This document shows, in pieces, positions 38,589 to 48,308 of a stretch of DNA of 64,000 nt (position 1 is its first letter; every line of letters starts with the position of its first letter). The stretch is from Candidatus Aenigmatarchaeota archaeon (GTDB lineage: Archaea > Aenigmatarchaeota > Aenigmatarchaeia > CG10238-14 > SCSR01): the NCBI GenBank assembly GCA_038999725.1, contig JAWBWS010000003.1, positions 1 to 64,000 of the forward strand, in the 5' to 3' direction. The translations under genes were made by a program, and so were the position numbers. The notes beneath the pieces were generated by a model. That model saw only the letters and a list, made by a program, of their open reading frames with translations. It did no database searches and was not told the origin of the DNA.

Positions 38589-39860
38589 TCAAAACAGCAT
38601 GAATTTCCTCTTAATTAAAATTAGGGCTAAAATTATTGCTAACAAGATTAAACCCACCACTACTACTGGGTTTGATAAAGTATCGAGTATGATTTCTCTT
38701 GTGGACTTAATGGGAATTGTGGTTGTTGTGGTTGGGAGCGTGGTTGTTGTGGTTGGGAGCGTGGTTGTTGTGGTTGGGAGCGTGGTTGTTGTGGTTGGGA
38801 GCGTGGTTGTTGTTGGTATGTAGGGTGGTATGGTGGTTGTGGTAGTAGTTGGGGCAGGTGAACTTCCAAACATGCCAAACAAGCTGAAGCTTGTCACATT
38901 AGCATATACAAAATTGTTGACTGTATCCACACATCCAAAAGTTGGGCATGGTAAAGCATTCCAACTTGTTCCATTCCACTTGTACAATCTTAAAGTGCTT
39001 TCATCCAGTCCCGCAACTTCATCATGGGTATAGCTGACATTAATGATAACATAAGCCAAGTTATTTCCCAGCTCGGGACTCACCCTTATGTCCAAGAATT
39101 TAACTGGATGTAGACCCGGAATTCCAGGTGTTATGTTGCCTGTGAATGTTGTCACATTCACATTTACATCTGATACAGTAGCATTTGTAACTATTCCCAA
39201 ACTTGTGTCAGTCTCAGCAGCTAGAAGGATAAGTGTGAATATATTTTCAAGTATTTCTTGAATTGTTTTTGAATCCTTTCCTTTAAGTCCTTCTGGCTCT
39301 TCTGGAGGCAGGATTTCAATTGTTTTATTTTTGCTGAATTTGTCCCCATTGGCATAAACTGTTAAACTAATCTTATAGGTGGTTGGTGTTATTGGGACTT
39401 TCCACCTCACATTAAATCTTAAAGTGGCAGAAGCACTCCCATACCCGTAACCATAGCCATAGCCCCAATAGTATGGTGTGCCTTCCCAATACCCATACCC
39501 GTAACCATAGCCATAGCCCATTGGTGGAACAAATTCTGTTGTAACATTAATTCCTTGACAGTGAGTTGTTTCTCCATCACTTAACTCTATATTACAACTA
39601 ATTCCTGTGCCAGCAATTGGCTCAATTTTTAGTGTAACATTAGCTATAGGAATTAACTCTCCCGCATTTGTGTTTATTTCTATTGGGAAGCTTATGGTTT
39701 CCCCTCCTCTTGCTTCTGAGGGGGATTTTATATCAATCACAAAAGCTGCAAGCGGTTTTGAAGAAAGAATCAGGAAAATAAGAATAGAAGAGATGAGGAT
39801 AGAAAATATTCTCTTCTTAAAAAAATTCTTGTCAAGCTCGTAAGATTTTATAAACTTCAC
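38589..39860 (-). CDS. Cell-surface glycoprotein (S-layer-like) with Gly-Tyr repeats, Pro/Thr linker and C-terminal TM
   Basis: Signal helix, many NxS/T sequons, GYGYGYG twice, PTTTTTL repeats, TM plus basic tail. Confidence 0.8.
   Translation of the reverse strand: MKFIKSYELDKNFFKKRIFSILISSILIFLILSSKPLAAFVIDIKSPSEARGGETISFPIEINTNAGELIPIANVTLKIEPIAGTGISCNIELSDGETTHCQGINVTTEFVPPMGYGYGYGYGYWEGTPYYWGYGYGYGYGSASATLRFNVRWKVPITPTTYKISLTVYANGDKFSKNKTIEILPPEEPEGLKGKDSKTIQEILENIFTLILLAAETDTSLGIVTNATVSDVNVNVTTFTGNITPGIPGLHPVKFLDIRVSPELGNNLAYVIINVSYTHDEVAGLDESTLRLYKWNGTSWNALPCPTFGCVDTVNNFVYANVTSFSLFGMFGSSPAPTTTTTTIPPYIPTTTTLPTTTTTLPTTTTTLPTTTTTLPTTTTTIPIKSTREIILDTLSNPVVVVGLILLAIILALILIKRKFMLF
38719..38813. 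repeat. 21-bp coding tandem repeat, about 4.5 copies
   Basis: GTGGTTGTTGTGGTTGGGAGC x4 plus a partial copy; encodes LPTTTTT on the minus strand. Confidence 0.95.
39438..39519. repeat. 28-bp exact direct repeat pair encoding GYGYGYGYG
   Basis: CCCATACCCGTAACCATAGCCATAGCCC at 39438-39465 and 39492-39519. Confidence 0.9.
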
Positions 39861-39913
39861 CTCTTCTACTTAATATTTTTTTGAAGAACTACCTTAAATA
39901 CTTTATTGGAAGA

Positions 39914-41119
39914 ATGATAGCCCAAGCCTTTATTACAACCTCAGCCGTTTTTCTTGGAATGGGTCTAAACTATTTGTTCCATTTCTTCATGACAAGGCTT
40001 TTGAGTCCAAGCTTATATGGAGAGATTTCAATTTTAATCGGGTTTTTAACCATCATATTAGTACCCACAGGTAGTATACAAACTGTTTTAACAAGAGAAA
40101 TTGCAAAGTTAGAGAAAAGGGGGAATGAAAGAGTTATAGTCGGTTTGATAAGGAGATATTTGAGAAGCGCTTTTCTTGTAGGTTTAACTATTGCTTTGGT
40201 TTTATTCTCTTCTTCCTATATGATTGCCAAGATTTTCAAGGACGACCAACTCATTTCATCTATTCAGTTACTGTCTCTTGGCATTCCATTCCTGTTTTTA
40301 CTTCCTATATTCAAGGCATATTACCAAGGAAGGGAGAAGGTTTTTACTCTCTCAGGAATTTTGGCTGTTGAACCTTTGATAAAATTGGTCTTTGGTGTAG
40401 GCCTGGTTTTGATTGGTTTTGGATTATCTGGAGCAACACTTTCCCTAATCGCTGGTCCCATCATTTTGGTTTTCCTTCTTCTTCCAAGAACAATTAAAAT
40501 GACAAGTTTCCCCAACTATTCCATCAAATTGAAAAAATCCTTTTTCCTCATTCTTCTCACTTCAATTTCCTTAATGATTTTCTTTTATCTTGATTTGTTC
40601 TTTGTGAGATATTATCTTGGTTCAGAGCAAGCAGGCTATTACAATGTGGCTTCAATAACTTCTAAAGTTTTGTCTTACGCAACTGGTGGAGTTGTTTTGG
40701 TTTTTCTTCCAAAATCTTCCAAGCTATCCATTAAAAAGGAGAGGGGAAAAATTAAAACTTTGTTGCTTAAGTCAATCGCATTTATTACCCCAATCTTCAT
40801 AGTTTTTGTGCTCTTCCCAAAGGAAATCATCTCAATTTTCTACACAGAAAAATATCTTTTTGCCTTAGGTTCCTTTACAATCCTAACCTTTGGGATGTTC
40901 ATCTTTTCAATTTTCCAAATCCTTCTCTCCTTCTTTTGGTCTCAAAATTCCGAAAGGTTTCCATTGGTTCTTTCCATTACAGCAACCTTAATTGATTTCC
41001 TACTTTTGAATTATTTCATTCCAATTAAAGGAATTGAAGGAGCAGCCATTGCAACCACACTCTCTTCCCTGGTTTTTCTCCTTCCCTCAATCTTTGTTGT
41101 TAGGGGTATGCTGATTTAA
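39914..41119 (+). CDS. Wzx/MOP-family oligosaccharide flippase
   Basis: About 12 TM segments; TRLL...YG, AGYYNVA, GIEGAAIAT. Confidence 0.88.
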   Translation: MIAQAFITTSAVFLGMGLNYLFHFFMTRLLSPSLYGEISILIGFLTIILVPTGSIQTVLTREIAKLEKRGNERVIVGLIRRYLRSAFLVGLTIALVLFSSSYMIAKIFKDDQLISSIQLLSLGIPFLFLLPIFKAYYQGREKVFTLSGILAVEPLIKLVFGVGLVLIGFGLSGATLSLIAGPIILVFLLLPRTIKMTSFPNYSIKLKKSFFLILLTSISLMIFFYLDLFFVRYYLGSEQAGYYNVASITSKVLSYATGGVVLVFLPKSSKLSIKKERGKIKTLLLKSIAFITPIFIVFVLFPKEIISIFYTEKYLFALGSFTILTFGMFIFSIFQILLSFFWSQNSERFPLVLSITATLIDFLLLNYFIPIKGIEGAAIATTLSSLVFLLPSIFVVRGMLI

Positions 41120-42536
41120 AGAAGTAGATGTTGCCTTTCAAATTTACCAAATTTTCATTTTGGCATTTTACTGGGGAATAAACCAAAGAAATGTTGTTTT
41201 CCACCAAAAAGCTTGTGTTGGTGCAGTTCTGCTTAAAAAATTTGTAGGCATTATCCACAAGCTCAAGATATTTTTCATCTGGACCAAAAGGCATCACAGA
41301 GTAAACTCTTCTTTCAGCTATTGTTGCAAAAGCTCTTGCTTTCCATGGATCTAGCAGAACTATCGTATCTTCTCTCGTATTTTCCTTAATCCATAGAAAG
41401 TTTTCATAATCTTCATCGTCAATCAAATAATAGTAAGGAGTTTTCAAGTTTCTTTCAATTGCAAGGAAAGAGGTTGCAACCAGGGAAATTAAAAGCAAAG
41501 CTGAACCGAAATTCTTGAACGGTTTTTCCATTTTTAGGAGTTTGGTGTAGCCAAAGCTTGCTATTATTGACATGAGCAAGAACAAGGGAATGTAAGTCCT
41601 TTGGTAAGGGATCAACCAGTTCAAGTTTAGCCTGACGAAAAGGAAGATGTTGAGGGTTAAAGTTAAAGAAGTGAGAAGCAAGGCCCAAATCTCTTTGCTT
41701 TTTGTTTTTGCTAGAAAATAAAATCCTAAAATGAAAGATCCTGTCGGCAAGAAGCCATAAAGAGATGGGATTTCCCTCAGGTAGAACCAAAAGTTGAACT
41801 GAACCGCTTTTATTCCTTTTGTTTGAATCTCTGGGATGTAGTTTGGCAAGGAGAACAAAATCGAAGCTATTAAAACGGATAAAATTTCTTTTGCTTTTTG
41901 CTTGTTTTTTAAATTGAGCAAGAGGTAAAATCCAAGGATTGTTAATAAAACCATTGCTGTCGGTGGATGTGTATAAAGGATGAAGGTTGTTATGGCGAAT
42001 AAAGCTAAATGGTTGTAGATGGGTTTGAGGTTTGTGAGTTCAAAAGCAAAGAGAAGAGCCAGGGGGATGAAGATCAAACTTAAATTTATTGGAACCAAAA
42101 ACACAGGCCCACCTATTGTTACATTACTTGGAACCAAAGCTATCAATAAAGCTGAAATCAAAGCCTCCTTTTTGCCAAAAATTTTTGAAGTGAAATAAAA
42201 AACCGAAAGAATTGATAGAAAGTGGAAAAGAATTGGGAGGAAAACCCATTGTTTTACACTTAGGTTAAAAAATTTTTGGATGAAAGCTAAAGTTAAGTGC
42301 CAACCTCTTTCCAAACCTAATTCAAATGGCTTGCCAGAATACCAATCTATTTTTTGGTTTGAGGCTATCATTTTTGCCACAGAAATGTGAAACCATTCGT
42401 CTACATGCAAAGGGTAAGGGTAGTTCAAGTGGGGGTAAAAGGTTAGGAAAGAGGCTAAGAAAAGGATGAAAATCAAGCAAGCTATTTCCTTATTTTCAAT
42501 TTTCTCTCTTCTCTTAGATATTCTATTATTAGGCAT
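41100..42536 (-). CDS. Multi-TM GT-C-like membrane protein
   Basis: PLHVDEWFH after TM1, THP, many TMs, soluble C-terminal domain; start uncertain. Confidence 0.7.
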   Translation of the reverse strand: MPNNRISKRREKIENKEIACLIFILFLASFLTFYPHLNYPYPLHVDEWFHISVAKMIASNQKIDWYSGKPFELGLERGWHLTLAFIQKFFNLSVKQWVFLPILFHFLSILSVFYFTSKIFGKKEALISALLIALVPSNVTIGGPVFLVPINLSLIFIPLALLFAFELTNLKPIYNHLALFAITTFILYTHPPTAMVLLTILGFYLLLNLKNKQKAKEILSVLIASILFSLPNYIPEIQTKGIKAVQFNFWFYLREIPSLYGFLPTGSFILGFYFLAKTKSKEIWALLLTSLTLTLNIFLFVRLNLNWLIPYQRTYIPLFLLMSIIASFGYTKLLKMEKPFKNFGSALLLISLVATSFLAIERNLKTPYYYLIDDEDYENFLWIKENTREDTIVLLDPWKARAFATIAERRVYSVMPFGPDEKYLELVDNAYKFFKQNCTNTSFLVENNISLVYSPVKCQNENLVNLKGNIYFFKSAYP

Positions 42537-42844
42537 GCTACACCAACAACCAATAGCCAATAGGTATAAATTGCTAATTGGTTTGCTAAAACTTCATTTT
42601 TGTAAAATGCCAAAACAATTGCTGCTAAAAAAAGTATCAGCAAAGCATAGGCTACAGGAATTCTTCCATCAAATTTGAAGAAGGTAAAAATTGGAATTAA
42701 GGCAATGAAAGACAAGAAAGTTGGCATGTCTTGAGATTTGAAAATGAAGTGGGATAAAAAAATGGAAAAAACCACTAAAATGTAAGGAAGTTGTAATTTG
42801 GGGTCAGCCATTTTCTTTTTGATTTTTTTGGTCAAAGTGCCCAT
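42482..42844 (-). CDS. Small membrane protein
   Basis: Four TM segments within the operon. Confidence 0.7.
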   Translation of the reverse strand: MGTLTKKIKKKMADPKLQLPYILVVFSIFLSHFIFKSQDMPTFLSFIALIPIFTFFKFDGRIPVAYALLILFLAAIVLAFYKNEVLANQLAIYTYWLLVVGVACLIIEYLREERKLKIRK

Positions 42845-45800
42845 TTTTTAGACCTTTTCTTTAAAATTTTTGGTAGAAACAATTTTTTAAAACTGATGTT
42901 TTTGCCTTTTTTCCAATCATAGATTAAGTAACCAATGCAAGCTATGAATGTTATACCGGAAATCACTAAACCAATCTCAAACCACTCTTGAGGTTTATAT
43001 CTTATTTCTATTTCATATTCTCCAGTCTTATTTATCCAGAAGCCGTTTATAACTCCATACAAAGGTATGGAGTGGTATTCTACCGTTTTTCCATTCTCCT
43101 TTATTCTTGCAACCCACAAAGGATCATAACTTTCAGCAAAGCTCAGCATGAATGGCTTAGAAGCATTCACTTGGACTTTCCAGAGGGTTGGGTCGATTTT
43201 TTGATAGCTGAGGACTTGAGCTGGAGTTTCGTTCACTTTAAATAAATCTTCTATTTTTTCATCTGAAGTGTTGGATTCTACCGAATATATCCAAGCTACA
43301 TCAAGATAAGTTAACGGATATCCGTAAATTGTAACATTTTTTACCCAAACTATATTTGGAATGGGTTGCTTAGTTTCATGGCCGTGCCATATTTGTAACT
43401 GAATATACGCAACGGAAGTGTTTTTAGGCTTATACTCGTAGTTTATTTCCTTCCAGTCAAATGTTCCTTCTCCTATTCCTCCAGCATAAACACCACCAAT
43501 ATACTGCTTCGAAGAGTTGTATTCAAATATTTTGAAATGGACGCTTTGCCCATTCACTGCTTTGACAAAAAAGTCAAATTTATATTTCACCCCATATTTT
43601 GCTGGAATTAAAGGCGAGTTAATTGTTTTCCACCCCCAAGTTGAATTATAAAGTTCTGTTCTGAGAGCTTTTTCTTTTTCATCCCAGAAAACTTTGTATA
43701 TTTGGCTTTCTTTGGTGTATTGTTTCCATTCTTCCACTTCTTCTTCATAAAAGTTCCAAGTAAATGGTTGTAGAGTTGTGTCTGGCTCTATTTGAATTTT
43801 GTGTGGCCCTTTTTCTAAATAAATTGGCCCAAAATAGGTAAAGTTGTTGGAAGTAATTGAAAAGCTTTGATTATCAATTCTTATTTTTAAAGCTCCATAC
43901 AAGTTTATGGCAAATCTGTAGAAGCCATTCTTAACAAATTCAAATTCTCGCCAGGCTTTTCCACTTGGCGTTATGACCAAAAATTCTCCATTACTTGCTT
44001 TACCGTACTTTTCTTTCTCAGCATTTTCCCTGTAAAAATCACTCTCGCCTTCAAAGAGGTAAATTATAGTTTTATTCCTCAACATCTCTTCAACTTCTTT
44101 TTCTTTTCTAGCTAGTTCATCACTTGTAACCAGAGCAAACAAATTGATAGCATTGAAACCTTTAATGTTCCTCAAGATGAGTTTGTGCTTACCTTTCTCC
44201 AAATAAAATTCTCCCAAATCTCCCCAAACAAATTTGTTTAATTGTTCTAAAGTGTTGAGTGAAATCTCTTTGTTGTCTAAGAAAATTTTTATTGATCCTC
44301 CTTTTTGATTTTTAAAGTATCTTATGAGTAAATGATAATTTTCAGTCTTTTCTAGCTTAAAATTTATTTCTAGGTCATTTGACTCTGTAAATTTAGATAG
44401 ATCGTAGAGTTTAACATAATCTAGCCAATAATATGAGTTGGTTTGATTGTTTTGCCAAACCCAAAACTGTATCTTTATATATTTAGAGTCAGAAGGTATT
44501 AAAATTGTAGAGGAGAATTCCTTCCAATCAAATGTTTCATCTTGAGTAATAAAAACAAAATCAACTTTTATTTCTTCTTTCTTCTCGTTAAAGTAAATTA
44601 TCTTTGAATGAACTCCTTTAGAATCTTTACCGGATATTAAAACTTTACACTGATACCAATTGTCCGGTTTTATTGGCAAATAGTCAGTAGAAATAACTTT
44701 CCATCCCCATTCATCACCTTTTTTAATTTCAACTTGTAGGCTATAATTATCATCCTTTGATTTGGTTGAACTTGTAATATTCAGCACAAGAGGGCTCAAA
44801 TTTGTAAAGTTTTGTAGAAATTTAGAATCGAAATTATAAATTAGATCATCATCTGTAGGTACTATCTTCTCTTTTAACTTAGAAGGTGCCCATGTGAAAA
44901 CCAATCCTTCACCATAATCTGATTGCCAGTTTTCTATTCCAAATTGTTCTAGGTAAGGATGCCAGCCCCCATGAAGAGGGTCAGAAGTTGATGCTCTTGA
45001 CCATAGCTTTGACGGGTTGTGGCGATATGTAGAGTCGAATGTTTTTATCAAGAAAGAATTTTTGGAAAAGATATTAGAATAAAAATCTGGATTAATTTCT
45101 AATTCTGTGGCCTCATTCTCATTCATTCCTGTTAAAACTGACAAAGAATTATTAAGCAAAGATAACGAGCCCAATAATTTATAATCAAAATCTTTTGATG
45201 ATGCTATTTTATTTTTAATGTAGATATTCTTTATTTCGTCTCTTTCTGGCAAATATATGTTAATCCCTTCTTTCGATTCTGGATAAATATAATAAATTTT
45301 TGGGTTTTCGATTTCTAGATTTGTGATTAAAGCATCTGCTCCAGTCAAATAAGAAATATAATAAATTGTTTTTTCATCACCTTTTTTGAAAGAATGTTTT
45401 AGATATCTACTCAAATCATTTGGAAGATTTATGTAAGGTTTTCCAGTATGATGCGCTTTGAAATTTCCTTGATAATTAGAAAGTAAAACTATGGATTTGT
45501 TATAGGGTGCTCTATCATAATGTTCTCTATCTTCGAAATAATAACCTTTTCTAAGAATCCCGTCCAAATCACCTGTAAATCTCTGCCATCCGATAATTAA
45601 AGATGATAAAATTATAATAATGCATAAAATTATTCCAATTTTTTTAAATTTCCTCATTCTAAAAATCCAAGAAAGCAAAGAAAAAATGCAAAGTGAATAA
45701 CCTAAAACTACTAACGATCCAAAATAGCCAGGAACTCTAAACATCCAACCAATAGAGGGGTGGGTTGAAAATAATAGAAACTCATAAAATCTAGAAAAAA

Positions 45801-46842
45801 TAGGATTAAAGTTGGTAATTCCTCTCCATAGAAAAATTCCCAATAATAAATTTGAGCTACCAACCACCACCAAGAATTTTTCTTCTCTACTATATCTATT
45901 GAATAAAAGTATAGAAACCATCGCTAAAATAGGAATCAAGAAAAGTATAATATTAAAAATGCTTTCTGGAATAAATGGAAATGGCTTTAATTGTAGATAT
46001 GGCCACCATGATGCCTTTAAAGTTAAAATGTCAGCAGGTTTATAAGCAGATGAAAACATATACGTTGCTTCATAAGATAGCATATAGGAGGGACTAATTT
46101 TAGAGATGGGACCAATTGCTGGCAAAAACCAATAAAAATTAAAGAGTAGTAAAAAAATAGAAATAAAAATATATTTTTTAATAATTTCTTTCAAAAAAGA
46201 AATAGTCCCTCCATAGAATATTATATACAAACTTGTAGTGATAGATAACAAAATAAAGATAAATATAATATATCTGAAAATTGGAGTAATTGATAACGTA
46301 ATTAACAAACACAAAAATAATTTTGATTTTAAATTTTTACTTCTTAAAAAATAAAGTGTAGCTACAATTATTGTTGGGAGAAGCGAGTAAGATATTACAT
46401 AGGTGTTAGGAGGTGAAAATGCTTGTATGGTATATGGATTAATAGAAAATAAAAAAGCAAAAACAATAGATAATAAAAAAATGTTTTTATTATCGAATCC
46501 AAACAGATTTTCAATTAAATAAAAAAGAGACAGATATGGTATTAAAAATATACATATAAAATAAAAGATACAATATAATCTTGAAGATATTTCTATTTTA
46601 GAGGATAGTGAAGGAATGGTTGCTAACCACAATCTTGCTATTCCTTCATAAAATTGATATGAGCCATAGTTTGACCAAGTAAAAAAATATTGTAAAATCA
46701 ATTGTGGAAAGGGTGGAATTATTACATCTCTATGTTCTACAATAATGGAAGTATTTTCGAAAAGTAAGTAACTTATACTCAAAATTCCAGTAAGCAGACT
46801 GAGCAATAAAGCAATAAAATGATATTTGTATGTTTTTGACAT
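42832..46842 (-). CDS. Large GT-C-like (AftD/YfhO-like) membrane protein with carbohydrate-binding-like modules
   Basis: About 11 N-terminal TMs with FRVP, duplicated beta-sandwich modules, FAESYDPLW..YGVINGFWI, C-terminal TM. Confidence 0.7.
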   Translation of the reverse strand: MSKTYKYHFIALLLSLLTGILSISYLLFENTSIIVEHRDVIIPPFPQLILQYFFTWSNYGSYQFYEGIARLWLATIPSLSSKIEISSRLYCIFYFICIFLIPYLSLFYLIENLFGFDNKNIFLLSIVFAFLFSINPYTIQAFSPPNTYVISYSLLPTIIVATLYFLRSKNLKSKLFLCLLITLSITPIFRYIIFIFILLSITTSLYIIFYGGTISFLKEIIKKYIFISIFLLLFNFYWFLPAIGPISKISPSYMLSYEATYMFSSAYKPADILTLKASWWPYLQLKPFPFIPESIFNIILFLIPILAMVSILLFNRYSREEKFLVVVGSSNLLLGIFLWRGITNFNPIFSRFYEFLLFSTHPSIGWMFRVPGYFGSLVVLGYSLCIFSLLSWIFRMRKFKKIGIILCIIIILSSLIIGWQRFTGDLDGILRKGYYFEDREHYDRAPYNKSIVLLSNYQGNFKAHHTGKPYINLPNDLSRYLKHSFKKGDEKTIYYISYLTGADALITNLEIENPKIYYIYPESKEGINIYLPERDEIKNIYIKNKIASSKDFDYKLLGSLSLLNNSLSVLTGMNENEATELEINPDFYSNIFSKNSFLIKTFDSTYRHNPSKLWSRASTSDPLHGGWHPYLEQFGIENWQSDYGEGLVFTWAPSKLKEKIVPTDDDLIYNFDSKFLQNFTNLSPLVLNITSSTKSKDDNYSLQVEIKKGDEWGWKVISTDYLPIKPDNWYQCKVLISGKDSKGVHSKIIYFNEKKEEIKVDFVFITQDETFDWKEFSSTILIPSDSKYIKIQFWVWQNNQTNSYYWLDYVKLYDLSKFTESNDLEINFKLEKTENYHLLIRYFKNQKGGSIKIFLDNKEISLNTLEQLNKFVWGDLGEFYLEKGKHKLILRNIKGFNAINLFALVTSDELARKEKEVEEMLRNKTIIYLFEGESDFYRENAEKEKYGKASNGEFLVITPSGKAWREFEFVKNGFYRFAINLYGALKIRIDNQSFSITSNNFTYFGPIYLEKGPHKIQIEPDTTLQPFTWNFYEEEVEEWKQYTKESQIYKVFWDEKEKALRTELYNSTWGWKTINSPLIPAKYGVKYKFDFFVKAVNGQSVHFKIFEYNSSKQYIGGVYAGGIGEGTFDWKEINYEYKPKNTSVAYIQLQIWHGHETKQPIPNIVWVKNVTIYGYPLTYLDVAWIYSVESNTSDEKIEDLFKVNETPAQVLSYQKIDPTLWKVQVNASKPFMLSFAESYDPLWVARIKENGKTVEYHSIPLYGVINGFWINKTGEYEIEIRYKPQEWFEIGLVISGITFIACIGYLIYDWKKGKNISFKKLFLPKILKKRSKKWAL

Positions 46843-46844
46843 AA

Positions 46845-47867
46845 CTACACTTTTATTTTTGATTTAAACTTTTTTTTCATTAGACGAAAAGATTTGCTAA
46901 GAGGTATAATTAAATTTTTCTCTCTCGGTTCTTGTAATCTTTTTTTTCTTATCTCTTTTGGAATTTGACGGAAAAAGGCCAAAATACCATTGATTATATT
47001 TAAGCAATTTCGTGGATTCTTATATAATACTATATTTATCATAGCCTCGAAAAGAGTAAAAATCAAAGAAATAGGAATATATTTAATTGATTCTACTGGT
47101 GTATAATTTCTAAATAATGTAATTAATTTGTTTCTGATAAACAACGATTGATAAAAGTTTACATCTATTTTTTTCTTGTTTATAGTCCCTGATCTTATAT
47201 GATATATAACCGATGTCGGTACAACGTAGCTTTTATATCCAATTTTGCGGGCCCTCCAACAAAAATCAACATCCTCATAGTACATAAAATAATCTTCATC
47301 AAAAAGGTATCCAACCTTTTGGATAACCTCTCTCTTTATGAACATTGATGCCCCCTCACAAAAGAAAACTTCAAAAGGATTCTTCAATAAGTGTTCAGGT
47401 ATTACATCTATTGAGCTGAAAATGTTTCCAATAACATTCATAAAGCCAAATGTAATATCATATTTATCTCTTTCAAAATAATTAAACATTATTGGTTGCG
47501 CAATACCTACATCCTTGTTTTTTTCTAAAAAATTAATCATATTCTTGAGCCAGTATCTATCCACTTCTATATCATTACTTAGCAAAACTATATACTCACC
47601 CTTTGCTTTCTTTATACCTATATTGTTTGCTTTCGAGTATCCAACATTCTTCTCTAATTTAATTATTTCAATTTTTATACGTTTTTTGTCAGAATGTTTA
47701 TACACCATTTTTTTAAATAATTCATCGCTGTTATCTGAAGAGCCGTTATCAACAAAAATTATCTCATAATTTGGATAATCTAAATAAAAAAGCGACTTCC
47801 AAAGATTAGAATATTTTGCTCCATTAAAATTTAATAAAATTATACTTACTAGGGGCATTTTGTTCAT
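46845..47867 (-). CDS. GT2 glycosyltransferase
   Basis: VDNGSSD, LSND, FMYYEDVDFCWR. Confidence 0.92.
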   Translation of the reverse strand: MNKMPLVSIILLNFNGAKYSNLWKSLFYLDYPNYEIIFVDNGSSDNSDELFKKMVYKHSDKKRIKIEIIKLEKNVGYSKANNIGIKKAKGEYIVLLSNDIEVDRYWLKNMINFLEKNKDVGIAQPIMFNYFERDKYDITFGFMNVIGNIFSSIDVIPEHLLKNPFEVFFCEGASMFIKREVIQKVGYLFDEDYFMYYEDVDFCWRARKIGYKSYVVPTSVIYHIRSGTINKKKIDVNFYQSLFIRNKLITLFRNYTPVESIKYIPISLIFTLFEAMINIVLYKNPRNCLNIINGILAFFRQIPKEIRKKRLQEPREKNLIIPLSKSFRLMKKKFKSKIKV

Positions 47868-47870
47868 TTT

Positions 47871-48308
47871 CTACCACAACAAATTATTTTTATCTAAAAG
47901 TAACCAAGTTTTGGGTAGATCTTCTGATTTATTTATGTTGATATTTATACCATTAATAAATTCACCATAAGCCATCCCATCTCCAGCAACTAATCCAATA
48001 GTAGTGTTAATTTCTTTTTCGTTACATGGTAATGTAATAGATGTCTTTTTAATATAATTAAATATTTTCTCAGTGAAAATATTTAAATAATTCTCTTTAG
48101 CTAACTCCTCTACTACTATAGTTTTTTCGAAAGACAATTTTATTAAATTTTGTAAATAATATATGAATTTTTCTATTATGTAATGAATTGTAGGTTTGTC
48201 ATAAAGTGGTAATAATGGTTTTGGTAAAATATAACCCGAGAATCCAATTCTACTTCCCATTCCAGTAGTAGGGATAACACCTTCTTTAATTTTACTTATC
48301 TTGGCCAT
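47871..48308 (-). pseudogene. Internally deleted paralogue of the sugar-phosphate nucleotidyltransferase
   Basis: Three blocks match 50467..51255, with two in-frame gaps. Confidence 0.65.

Noticed and set aside
38719..38813. Possible CRISPR array
   Set aside because: The units are contiguous with no spacers and are in frame with a Thr-rich linker; no cas genes in the window
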